Positions 34,943 through 44,066 of a DNA stretch of 64,000 nt are shown piece after piece (the first letter of the stretch is position 1; each line of letters starts with the position of its first letter). Source of the DNA: Candidatus Delongbacteria bacterium. Its GTDB lineage: Bacteria; CAIWAD01. Where the stretch lies: NCBI GenBank assembly GCA_963663545.1, contig OY760505.1:3136001-3200000 (forward strand), in the 5' to 3' direction. The position numbers and the translations under genes were made by a program. The notes below the pieces were generated by a model. That model had not been told where the DNA came from. It ran no database searches and worked only from the letters and a program-made list of their open reading frames with translations.

Positions 34943-37900
34943 ATGAATACCCAAGCGGCTCATCTGCGTGTTACATCCTGCCTGCTCTTCTGGGGCATGC
35001 TCGTTGGTGTTGCACCTTTATCGGCGACCAGCCTATCGGGAGTGCTGAACTCCGATCGCACCATTCGTGCGGCTGATTCGCCCGTCACCATCACGGCAGA
35101 CCTGAGCGTACCGGAAGGTCGCTGCCTGACCATCGAGGCCGGGGTAGAAGTGCGTCTCAGCGAAGGCGTCTGCGTGCTGGTAGAGGGCGAATTGCAGGCC
35201 TTGGGCCAGAAACAGTTCCCCATTCGTTTCCTCCCGGCTGAGGATGGCGTGCGCTGGGGCAACGTCAAGCTGCTTGGCTCCAAGGATGAGCCCGGTTGGG
35301 ACGAGCAAGGCGATTGGATTCCGGACAGCCATGCAAGCCGGCTGCTCCACTGCGAGTTCCTCGGCGGCGGCCGGGTTCCGGACCTGGACTACGACGGCGG
35401 CGCGGTTTATCTGCGGGGCTCTTCAGGCGTGATACGCGACTGCCTCTTCCGCGATAATCAGGCGGAGCGTGGTGGCGGTTTGGTGTGTTACAATTTTGCC
35501 CAGCCCTGGGTTGAAGGCTGCACCTTTGAGGACAATCGTGCGCTCCTGGACGACGGTGGCGCCATTTACTGTTTCCTCTACGCCGATGCACGCATCCGCC
35601 GCAATTTCATCGTGCATAACCGTGCAGAGCGGCACGGCGGTGGCATCTACATTTCCAATTCGAGTCCCGAGATTCGCGAGAATGCGCTCATTGACAACAC
35701 GGCCGGACAGCGTGGCGGAGCCATCTTTGTTTCGGGAAGCGCCACGCGCATTCTTGACAACGCCATTTACGAGCACAAGGCCGGAGAGGAAACGACGGGC
35801 CTTGTCTTTCAGGCCGACTGCCGTCCCGAAGTCAGCGGCAACTCGCTGCTTTCAGGTGGTGTGGAAGTCAGTGGCTTGAACCTGAGCTACGACATCGACC
35901 TGGCGGACAACTGGTGGGGCAGCATTAACGATGTGGCCATTGCCAGCAAGATTGTCCAGCGCAGTCGCGGTCTAAGCCGACATATCAATTTTACGCCCTG
36001 GCTCGACAAGCCGACGGGCAACTTGCTGACCCAGCCGGTGGAGATTAACAACCTGAGTATCATGGCAGATGAATCCTGGCGTGATACACTGCGTTTTGAT
36101 ATGGTGCAGACTGCCGTGATACGCGTGCAGGTTCGGGCCATTGACCGCAATCCTTATGCGGTTGACCAAACCTCTACGCTGGTACAAGTGGCTGAGCGTC
36201 CCGATCAGCAGTTCATGCTAATTCTCAAGGAGAGTGAGAAAGCCAGCGGCATCTTCCGTGGCGAGTTTGCACTCTCCGCGAACTACGGCAATATGGACCG
36301 TCTGGATGCTCTGGTGGGCGAGCATATCATCGTGCGCAGCTCGATCAATGAGGATGTGGCCGTCTGCTATCGCGTCGACGAAGCGCGACCCGTGATACAT
36401 GATCTTGCCATTACCAGTGATCCTGATCCCACGCACATGACCGCCGACCGGCTTTCCATAAGCTGGGAGTACTACAGTCTGCTCGGGGGACCGCAGGAAG
36501 CCTGGCAGCTGCAGGTTGGACGTGACAGCCTCTTTAACCCGCCTAGCGAGTGGGACTCCGGCCCCACCGATTGCACGGGCGGTATTCGTAACACGGACTA
36601 CCGCGGTCGCCGTCTTGAGGATGGTGAACGCTATTTCTTCCGCGCCCGTGTGCGTAGCAACAATGCGTGGTCCGACTGGGCACGGTTCATGGTTCGTAGC
36701 GACAATACTGACGACTACAGCTTTCGTTTGAATTCTCTTCCGCCCGTGCCGGCACTGCTGAAGCCAAGTGCGGAAGAAATCCTTCCCACTTTCACTCCCG
36801 TTTTTGAGGTTGAGCGTGTTACAGACCGCGAAGGTGATACCGTCAGCTACGATTTCCAGCTAGCCGAGGATTCTTTCTTTACGCGCATCATCGAAAGCAG
36901 CGAGACCAAAGACCTGCGCGAACCCAAGTGGCAACCTGAAACTCAGTTGCGTGACAATGGCAGTTATTTCTGGCGTGTGCGCGTGCGCGACGGGTATGAA
37001 GAAGGTGCCTGGAGCACGGGGCGTCGCTTCTATCTGAATCCGGTGGAAGAGGCTCCCTTGGCATTCGCTCTGCTGGAGCCTCGTGGTGCGATCGCCGATG
37101 TGTTACCCACTTTCGCCTGGCAGCAGAGCCTGGATCCGGATCCGGGTTCCAGCGTGAGCTACACCTTCCTTATTGCAACAAAACAGGATCTCTCCGACGC
37201 CGAGCGCATTCCCGGCGTGCAGATCCTTTCGTATCAGAAGCGCGCTGAACTGGCCAACCGTAGCAGCGTTTACTGGGCCGTGGATGCAGTGGATAATTCG
37301 GGGCGTGTAACACGGTCCAGCGAGATCTGGCGTCTGGATGTGGACACAACGCCGAGCGTGCCTTCGGCCGTCTTCCCCTCTGGGGAGGAAGAAATGCTGG
37401 CGGCCCAGGTGTTTGGTTTCCAGGAATCCACGGATCCCTGGCCGCAAGATGTTCTGAGTTATGAAGTGCAGATATCCGGTGACGGCTCTTTTACACCGCC
37501 CTTGCTTAAGGCGAGCGGTCTGGCAGCCGCCGATCTTCGTCAAATGGCCATTGACGGCTATCCCGATGCCGAGCGGCTCAATGACGATCAGAAGTACTTC
37601 TGGCGGCTGCGGGCCATAGACAATCACAACGCCGCCTCCGACTGGTCGCGCGTGCGCAGTTTCTACTTCAACCGCTTCAACAATCCGCCGGAAGTGCCGC
37701 AGCTACTGCAGCCCTTGGCAGATGCAGTCGTCAGCGAAGACCCCCTGTTGGTGTGGTCTGTCTGCGATGATCCCGACTTCAGCGATCCAGCCGAAAGCCT
37801 TGTCTACACCTTGCAGTGTTGTCCCCTGGCCGATTTCCGCACGGCGGTGGTGGAACACGCTTTGCCAGCGGGAACTCAGTTGAATCTGATGAAGGAGCTG

Positions 37901-40900
37901 GCCGACAACCAACTCTGGTATTGGCGTGTTAGCGTGCGTGATAATGAGGCCGCCAGTAGTGGCTGGTCGCAAACGCATTCCTTCGTGCTGAATCGCATGC
38001 CGGACGCTCCGCGTCCCTTCGCGCTGCAACAGCCGACGGAAGGAGAAAGCCTCTATCGTCTGGATGGAATCGGATTCAATTGGACTCCTTCCAGCGACCC
38101 GGATTGGGCTTCCAGCATCAGCTACAAGTGGACAGTGGCCAGTGATGCAGCGCTCAGACAAGTGCTGGCAGAAGGCGAGACGGAGGCAACGGAAGCTTCT
38201 GCGCGATGCACCTTCACAAGCGGCAGCGATTATTACCTGGGTGTAAGCGCGGTTGACGATACAGGCCTGTCTACTCCCTGCACTGTTCGCCGCTTCCATG
38301 TGGATAGCCGGCCCAACTCGCCAGCCTTCGATGGCTTGGCGCAAATGGATGAGGTTGGATCCAACGATGTCCTGCGGTGGACGGCGGCAGAGGATCCGGA
38401 TCCCCGCGACCGCCTGCTCTATCGTATTACGCTGCGTGATACACAGGGTCGAGCCCTGGTCGATGTAGCCGATCTACCGCAGACCGAAGTCACATTGGGA
38501 CGCCTTTTCAACGCCGACAAACTAGTGGACAACCAGCGTATCACGGCGGAGCTCAGTGTCAGTGATCCACACGGTCTTAGCAATCAGGCTGCGCCGGTGT
38601 CCTTCTGGTTCAATCGGTCCAACGATGCCCCAAGTGCACCGAGTTGGATCACGGCCTTGGCGACGGAGCGTGTGTTCCAGACGCTGAATCCCGAGCTCGA
38701 GTTCACACCGGGAGAGGACCCGGATCCGCTGGATGGTGTGGCCAACTTGTCTCACGAGCTGCAGATCGCCAGCAGTGCGGAGTTCAATGATCCGCGTGTA
38801 ACACGCCTTGATCCCGGAATCAGCAGGTTGAGCAATCTGCGCCTTGGAGACAACCAACGTTGGTTCCTGCGCTTGCGCACTCTTGACCGTGCCGGAGCTG
38901 CATCTGCTTGGACGGAACCCGTACATCTGGTCGTCAACCTTGTGGAAGATGCACCCACAGCGCCGGTGATACAAAATCCGCCTGCGCGCACTGTTGCCTT
39001 CGACTTGACCGGGCTCACTGTTCAGGCCACGGCGTCCGTGGATCCCGATGTGGACTCCAGCTTGCGTTATCGTGCCGAACTCTATCAAGGGAGCGAACGA
39101 TTGGCAAGTGCAGAAGGTGATACCCCGAACTTGCGTATCACACATCCCATGCAGAACAAGGCCCAATACAGTGTGATCCTGGTAGCCCTGGACAACACTG
39201 GACGAAGCACACCTTCGTCACGCGTAGACTTCAGTGTCGACAGCACCCCCGGCGAGACCATGTTCACGGGTATCGCGGATGGCTCTGTTGTAGGACCAAC
39301 GGATCGTGTTTCCTGGACCGCCGCGGTCGACCCAGATCCGCAGGATGTCATTCGCTACGAGCTACAGGCAAGCCGTCGCAGCGATTTCGTTGCTGCTCGT
39401 AGTTATCAGGTGAATACCACCAGTTTCACTTTGAGCCAGCTAGCCGAAGTGGCCGAGGAGAACGGTGCCCTGAATCTCCGTGTGCGTGCCCTCGATGATC
39501 AGGATCTGCAGGGACCGTGGAGCCGTGAGCTCGCCTTGGTTTGGGACGCTGTCAATGAGACACCTGTCTGGCAGGGAACGCTGTCGCCTGCTTCGGGAAT
39601 CCTGCGTAGCAATGAGCCAACAATCAGCTGGCAGCAGCCACTTGATCCTGATCGTCGTCCGCAGCGTTTGACCGTCACAGTCGAAATCGCCGCGGATGAG
39701 AGTTTCAATGAAACCCTGACCAGCCGCAACTTCACTGCCGCAGATGGTTCCGGGCAGTTGCCCGCGCGCGAGAACAATGAGCGTTGGATGCGTGCGCGTG
39801 TCACAGATCAGGGCGGGCTGCAGAGCGAGTGGTCGCCGGTTGTGCACTACATCGTCAATGCTACTGAAGAAGCGCCCAGTGCTCCTGTGCTGAATGGACC
39901 CGCGGACGGTGCTCGTGTCCGTGGATCACAGACCTTCCGCTGGCAGGCCGCAAGCGATCCGGATCCCGGCGATCAGCTTAGCTATCATCTGGAGCTGACC
40001 GGAGCTACCAGCCTACAGCGTGTCACGGAATCCAATAGCATCGAGCTGGATGTGAGTCAGTTGCCTGCAGGCGACTACCGCTGGCAGGTGATTGCCATTG
40101 ACCGCACTGGCAATCAGAGCAAATCGACGCCGAGAGCACTGAGAGTAGTAGGTCCGCCTGAGATGAGTCTGGAACTGCGCGAGGGCACGGTTCTCGGTGT
40201 TACAGATCAACTCTCCTGGCGTATCACATCTGATTTGTTGCAGGGAGAACAGCCAACGATCGAGATCGAGCTTACGCCTGCGGACGGCGGGACGATCATC
40301 CGCAAAGAAGCGCGTGGTACGACGCTTTCGATGCGCGAGTTGGCACCTCAGCTCGAAGAGAACCAGTGGTACAGTCTGCGCGCCCGTGCCCGTGGAAACC
40401 AGGACATAACGGGTAGCTACACCGCTCCGGTGCGTGTGGGTTGGGATCGCGTCAACGACGCACCACAGTGGAAGGGAATTAGCGGGCCTGCTGAAGGTCT
40501 GCTGCGAACCAGCGAACCGACCTTGAGTTGGCAACAGCCCGAAGACGCAGATCTGCGCCCGCAGCGATTGCAGGTGCGCGTAGATATTGCGACGGATGCC
40601 GGCTTCGAGGACATCTTGGTGAGCAAGAATTACAACGCCCAGGAGGGTAGTGCGTCGATTCGACTGCGTGAGAACAACGAGCGCTTTGTGCGCGTGCGCG
40701 TGTTCGATCAGGATGACGCGGTCAGCGATTGGTCGAAAACCATGCACTACATCATTAATGAAGACGAAGAAGCTCCCAGTGCGCCGCAGCTGCTGCAGCC
40801 CTCGGGACGTGTTACACCTGGACAGCTGAGTTTCCGCTGGCGTGAATCCAGTGATCCGGATCCCGGCGCCGAGTTGCGCTATCAGCTGGTCCTGACCGAT

Positions 40901-41050
40901 CAAAACGGCGGCAGCCAGAGCTTCGACCTTGAGGACACGAGTTTCCAGCACGAGTTGACCGTTGGAAACTGGCGCTGGCAGGTGATCGCCATTGACAACA
41001 CCGGTCTGCGTACGCCCTCATCGGAGCGCGATTTGGAAGTCCGCGAATAA
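34943..41050 (+). CDS. Large secreted protein (~2035 aa): parallel beta-helix head plus about 15 tandem FN3/Ig-like domains
   Basis: Signal peptide; 'GGAxY/GGGIY..N.A' beta-helix repeats; recurring 'W....DPDP.D.L.Y...YxWRVRAxD...SxWS'. Confidence 0.85.
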   Translation: MNTQAAHLRVTSCLLFWGMLVGVAPLSATSLSGVLNSDRTIRAADSPVTITADLSVPEGRCLTIEAGVEVRLSEGVCVLVEGELQALGQKQFPIRFLPAEDGVRWGNVKLLGSKDEPGWDEQGDWIPDSHASRLLHCEFLGGGRVPDLDYDGGAVYLRGSSGVIRDCLFRDNQAERGGGLVCYNFAQPWVEGCTFEDNRALLDDGGAIYCFLYADARIRRNFIVHNRAERHGGGIYISNSSPEIRENALIDNTAGQRGGAIFVSGSATRILDNAIYEHKAGEETTGLVFQADCRPEVSGNSLLSGGVEVSGLNLSYDIDLADNWWGSINDVAIASKIVQRSRGLSRHINFTPWLDKPTGNLLTQPVEINNLSIMADESWRDTLRFDMVQTAVIRVQVRAIDRNPYAVDQTSTLVQVAERPDQQFMLILKESEKASGIFRGEFALSANYGNMDRLDALVGEHIIVRSSINEDVAVCYRVDEARPVIHDLAITSDPDPTHMTADRLSISWEYYSLLGGPQEAWQLQVGRDSLFNPPSEWDSGPTDCTGGIRNTDYRGRRLEDGERYFFRARVRSNNAWSDWARFMVRSDNTDDYSFRLNSLPPVPALLKPSAEEILPTFTPVFEVERVTDREGDTVSYDFQLAEDSFFTRIIESSETKDLREPKWQPETQLRDNGSYFWRVRVRDGYEEGAWSTGRRFYLNPVEEAPLAFALLEPRGAIADVLPTFAWQQSLDPDPGSSVSYTFLIATKQDLSDAERIPGVQILSYQKRAELANRSSVYWAVDAVDNSGRVTRSSEIWRLDVDTTPSVPSAVFPSGEEEMLAAQVFGFQESTDPWPQDVLSYEVQISGDGSFTPPLLKASGLAAADLRQMAIDGYPDAERLNDDQKYFWRLRAIDNHNAASDWSRVRSFYFNRFNNPPEVPQLLQPLADAVVSEDPLLVWSVCDDPDFSDPAESLVYTLQCCPLADFRTAVVEHALPAGTQLNLMKELADNQLWYWRVSVRDNEAASSGWSQTHSFVLNRMPDAPRPFALQQPTEGESLYRLDGIGFNWTPSSDPDWASSISYKWTVASDAALRQVLAEGETEATEASARCTFTSGSDYYLGVSAVDDTGLSTPCTVRRFHVDSRPNSPAFDGLAQMDEVGSNDVLRWTAAEDPDPRDRLLYRITLRDTQGRALVDVADLPQTEVTLGRLFNADKLVDNQRITAELSVSDPHGLSNQAAPVSFWFNRSNDAPSAPSWITALATERVFQTLNPELEFTPGEDPDPLDGVANLSHELQIASSAEFNDPRVTRLDPGISRLSNLRLGDNQRWFLRLRTLDRAGAASAWTEPVHLVVNLVEDAPTAPVIQNPPARTVAFDLTGLTVQATASVDPDVDSSLRYRAELYQGSERLASAEGDTPNLRITHPMQNKAQYSVILVALDNTGRSTPSSRVDFSVDSTPGETMFTGIADGSVVGPTDRVSWTAAVDPDPQDVIRYELQASRRSDFVAARSYQVNTTSFTLSQLAEVAEENGALNLRVRALDDQDLQGPWSRELALVWDAVNETPVWQGTLSPASGILRSNEPTISWQQPLDPDRRPQRLTVTVEIAADESFNETLTSRNFTAADGSGQLPARENNERWMRARVTDQGGLQSEWSPVVHYIVNATEEAPSAPVLNGPADGARVRGSQTFRWQAASDPDPGDQLSYHLELTGATSLQRVTESNSIELDVSQLPAGDYRWQVIAIDRTGNQSKSTPRALRVVGPPEMSLELREGTVLGVTDQLSWRITSDLLQGEQPTIEIELTPADGGTIIRKEARGTTLSMRELAPQLEENQWYSLRARARGNQDITGSYTAPVRVGWDRVNDAPQWKGISGPAEGLLRTSEPTLSWQQPEDADLRPQRLQVRVDIATDAGFEDILVSKNYNAQEGSASIRLRENNERFVRVRVFDQDDAVSDWSKTMHYIINEDEEAPSAPQLLQPSGRVTPGQLSFRWRESSDPDPGAELRYQLVLTDQNGGSQSFDLEDTSFQHELTVGNWRWQVIAIDNTGLRTPSSERDLEVRE

Positions 41051-41083
41051 GCGTGATCCACTGATTTCGTCAGAGAAGATGGA

Positions 41084-41119
41084 CAACCGCCCTCGACTTC
41101 GGGGGCGGTTGCGCTTTTT
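41084..41119 (+). terminator. Intrinsic terminator
   Basis: CAACCGCCCTCG-ACTT-CGGGGGCGGTTG, then CGCTTTTT. Confidence 0.75.
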
Positions 41120-41154
41120 AGGGATCTTGCTTCCTTGTATCACGTATCACGACC

Positions 41155-41580
41155 ATGGATAAGAACATGCACAAGCGCATGGAGCGTGTACGCAACAAAG
41201 GGCGTGATGCAGAGGAGCGCGCGGCCGCATTTCTGCAGGAGTCCGGGTTTGAGATCCTGCGGCGCAATTTGCGAATTCGTCACACGGGAGAGCTGGATCT
41301 GCTGGTCCGGCGCGGTACGGAACTGCATATTGTAGAAGTGAAGAGCGGGAGACCCGAAGAGGCAATGCAGCGCCTCAACGGTGCCAAACTGCAGCATCTG
41401 ATGCAGACGATGTCCATCTTGCTTGTGCGCGAACCCGAACTGATGGAAGGCGTGGAGGATGTTCTGCTGGATCTGTTGCTGGTGCCGGACCACGGAGGGA
41501 AGCTGCGCCTGATGGAGAATGTGATCCCGCCGGAACTGATTCTTTGCAGCGGAGGCCGTGCCACATGCAGGATACCCTGA
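41155..41580 (+). CDS. yraN: YraN/UPF0102 family putative nuclease
   Basis: 'G.DAEERAAAFL...GFEIL.RN.R...GELDLL......IVEVKS' PD-(D/E)xK pattern. Confidence 0.85.
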   Translation: MDKNMHKRMERVRNKGRDAEERAAAFLQESGFEILRRNLRIRHTGELDLLVRRGTELHIVEVKSGRPEEAMQRLNGAKLQHLMQTMSILLVREPELMEGVEDVLLDLLLVPDHGGKLRLMENVIPPELILCSGGRATCRIP

Positions 41581-43871
41581 ACTCGCAGGGAGATGAAGCC
41601 CAGACCAGCAGCCCGGGCTTGGGTGCGGGACGTCTCCGCGAATTGATGGATGAGTACGAAGCGTTGCAGGAACACGTATTCCGCACCTTCCTACTGGAGT
41701 TGCACGCACGCGAGTTAATAACGGCAGCCGATCTGCGTCCGCAGCCTCAGGATTCCCTACGCGACAATCGACCCAGTGAAAGCCGCTGGAGTCGTCGCAC
41801 TCGCGACAGCCTACGGCGCCGCGTTTTCGGATTGGTCTCCGAGTGCTTTGACGAGCAGACAGTGCGCGAGCTGATTGAACAAGTGCAGCGTCGCGAATCC
41901 AGTCATTGTCTGGAGGATCTGGCCGAGCGTCCTGACAGCAGTTTGGACCAGATTCGGCGCGCGCTGGCGGAAGTGGTCGGTTTGGTGGATCAGCGCGTAC
42001 TGACACAGCAGCAGCGCATTGCAACACGCGTTGCCTTGCTGCGTCGCTTCTTCAGCGATGACCTTGAGTATCTTCGTGTAGCACGCGAGCAGATCTCTCT
42101 TTCGCGACTGCAGCCACAGTTTGACCGGATGATTCACAGCCGTGCGGTCGGTGGGCGCGTGGGGGGCAAGGCCGCGGGCCAGCTGCTTGCTGCAGCGATC
42201 ATTGCCAACGAAATGGAAACTGCTGATCCGGAACTGCGCGGGCGTATCACAACTCCGCCTTCGTGGTTCATCACGGCAGACGTAAACGAGGATTTCGTCG
42301 ACTACAATCGACTCCAGGATTTTCGCGCCTACAAGTACAAGCCCATCCACGAGCTGCGACACCAGCTGCCTGTTGTGACACAGATTTTCTGCAACAGCAA
42401 TTTCCCTCCGCACGTTCACGCGCAACTCGAACGCATGCTGATTGAGATTGGTCCGGAGCCGATTATCGTTCGCTCCTCCAGTTTGCTCGAGGACAGTTTT
42501 GGTGGCGCATTTTCGGGCATGTACAAGTCGATCTTTCTCGGTAATCAGGGCCCCTTGGTGGACCGTCTTGAAGCGCTTTGCGCGGCTATTGCCGAGGTCT
42601 ATGCCAGCATGCTTGGTCCTGATCCGATCGCCTATCGCAGCACCCATAATCTGCTCGAGTACGACGAAAGCATGGGCATCATGGTTCAGCGCGTCGTTGG
42701 TCATCGGCATGGACGCTGGTTTTTCCCGTTGATGGCCGGTGTGGGCTTTTCCGTCAACGACTATCTCTGGACTGAGAAGCTGAATCGGGAGGATGGTGTA
42801 CTGCGACTGGTGGTGGGGCTGGGATCCAGAGCCGTCGACCGCATGCCCGACGATTATCCACGTCTTGTTGGATTGACGAATCCGCGTCTCCGTCCGGAGA
42901 GCACTGTGTCACAAATTCGCCGCTATAGCCAGCAGCACGTTGACCTTATCGATCTCGAGCGTGATTGTTTCGACACAGTTCCGTTGGAACAGCTTTTAGT
43001 GCCACCCCTGCCTGAAGGTCTGGAGCTGGCGCTATCAGTGGATGCCGGAGGATACCTGCGCGAGTGGAGACCTGGTGATCCACCGCCGGAAGCAAAGCAA
43101 GTCTGTCTCACATTCGATACCCTGTGTCACAAACATGAGATGCTACCGCTGCTTCGTAGAGTATTGGCGCAACTACAAAGCGCATATGGGTGCCCTGTCG
43201 ATCTGGAATTCGCCTGGGATCGCGACTGTCTGCATCTGCTTCAATGCCGACCTTTGGCGCGCTATGCGGAAGGGATCAAAGTCGAGCTACCCGAGGAAGT
43301 GGCGGAAGAAAGCCTGCTGTTTGAGACACACGGTCGTTTTCCAATGGCCTGGCTGAGCAACATCGATTGGGTAATCTGGCTAGATGATCGAGCTTGGGAG
43401 AAGGCTTCCGCATCAGAGCGCGAAGCCCTAACGCGTATTGTGGCCACGCTCAACGACACCTTTGCGCAGGACTGCTATATCCTCGCAGGGCCAGGGCGCT
43501 GGGGTTCGAGCAACGCCGATCTGGGAGTACCCGTTGCCTACAATGATATCTGCCATGCGGCTGCGCTGATTGAGATCGCCCGCGAAGACGACGACTATGC
43601 ACCAGAAGTGAGCTATGGAACGCACTTCTACCAGGATCTGGTGGAGGACGGCATCTACTGCGTGCCCTTGTTTCTGCAGCATGAGGATGTCGTTCTGCGC
43701 GAACGGCAACTTCTGCGAGCGCGTAACTGTCTGGCTGATCTCATTCCGGATGCGGGTCGACTCGTGCACTTCATGCGCGTGATCGATGTTCGCAGCCTGA
43801 ACCGCGGCCCCCTGCTATTGGCTCTGGATGCAGAGCAGTCCAGGGGAATGTGCTGGTTTGGGGACGCGTAA
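41565..43871 (+). CDS. PEP/pyruvate-binding (PPDK N-terminal, ATP-grasp) domain protein
   Basis: 'VGGKAAG', 'PIIVRSSSLLEDS', 'FSGMYKS', 'GLGSRAVDR', 'PVDLEFA', 'LLQCRP', 'GPGRWGS', 'SYGTHFYQDLVE'. Confidence 0.85.
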   Translation: MQDTLNSQGDEAQTSSPGLGAGRLRELMDEYEALQEHVFRTFLLELHARELITAADLRPQPQDSLRDNRPSESRWSRRTRDSLRRRVFGLVSECFDEQTVRELIEQVQRRESSHCLEDLAERPDSSLDQIRRALAEVVGLVDQRVLTQQQRIATRVALLRRFFSDDLEYLRVAREQISLSRLQPQFDRMIHSRAVGGRVGGKAAGQLLAAAIIANEMETADPELRGRITTPPSWFITADVNEDFVDYNRLQDFRAYKYKPIHELRHQLPVVTQIFCNSNFPPHVHAQLERMLIEIGPEPIIVRSSSLLEDSFGGAFSGMYKSIFLGNQGPLVDRLEALCAAIAEVYASMLGPDPIAYRSTHNLLEYDESMGIMVQRVVGHRHGRWFFPLMAGVGFSVNDYLWTEKLNREDGVLRLVVGLGSRAVDRMPDDYPRLVGLTNPRLRPESTVSQIRRYSQQHVDLIDLERDCFDTVPLEQLLVPPLPEGLELALSVDAGGYLREWRPGDPPPEAKQVCLTFDTLCHKHEMLPLLRRVLAQLQSAYGCPVDLEFAWDRDCLHLLQCRPLARYAEGIKVELPEEVAEESLLFETHGRFPMAWLSNIDWVIWLDDRAWEKASASEREALTRIVATLNDTFAQDCYILAGPGRWGSSNADLGVPVAYNDICHAAALIEIAREDDDYAPEVSYGTHFYQDLVEDGIYCVPLFLQHEDVVLRERQLLRARNCLADLIPDAGRLVHFMRVIDVRSLNRGPLLLALDAEQSRGMCWFGDA

Positions 43872-43888
43872 TTCTTCGCCATCGCAGA

Positions 43889-43933
43889 GAAGGAGTATAG
43901 CCACCTGAAGTGAAACGGGTGGCTTTCTTCTTC
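43889..43933 (+). terminator. Probable intrinsic terminator
   Basis: AGCCACCTG-AAGTGAAA-CGGGTGGCT followed by TTCTTCTTCT. Confidence 0.6.
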
Positions 43934-44066
43934 TAACCAGTGCTTCTGACACGGTGACACAGCATTCTAGAAAGCAACACTTGGAACCACACACGACTGC
44001 GCAATGATAGCGGAAGTTCAATAGAAAGAGGCGATTGCCCGGCACACCGTTTGTACTTGTTCCAAC

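Noticed and set aside
44040..44055. CGGCACACCGTTTGTA as a sigma-54 promoter for comEC
   Set aside because: The -12 element is GT rather than GC and +1 would fall on the start codon; too weak to call.
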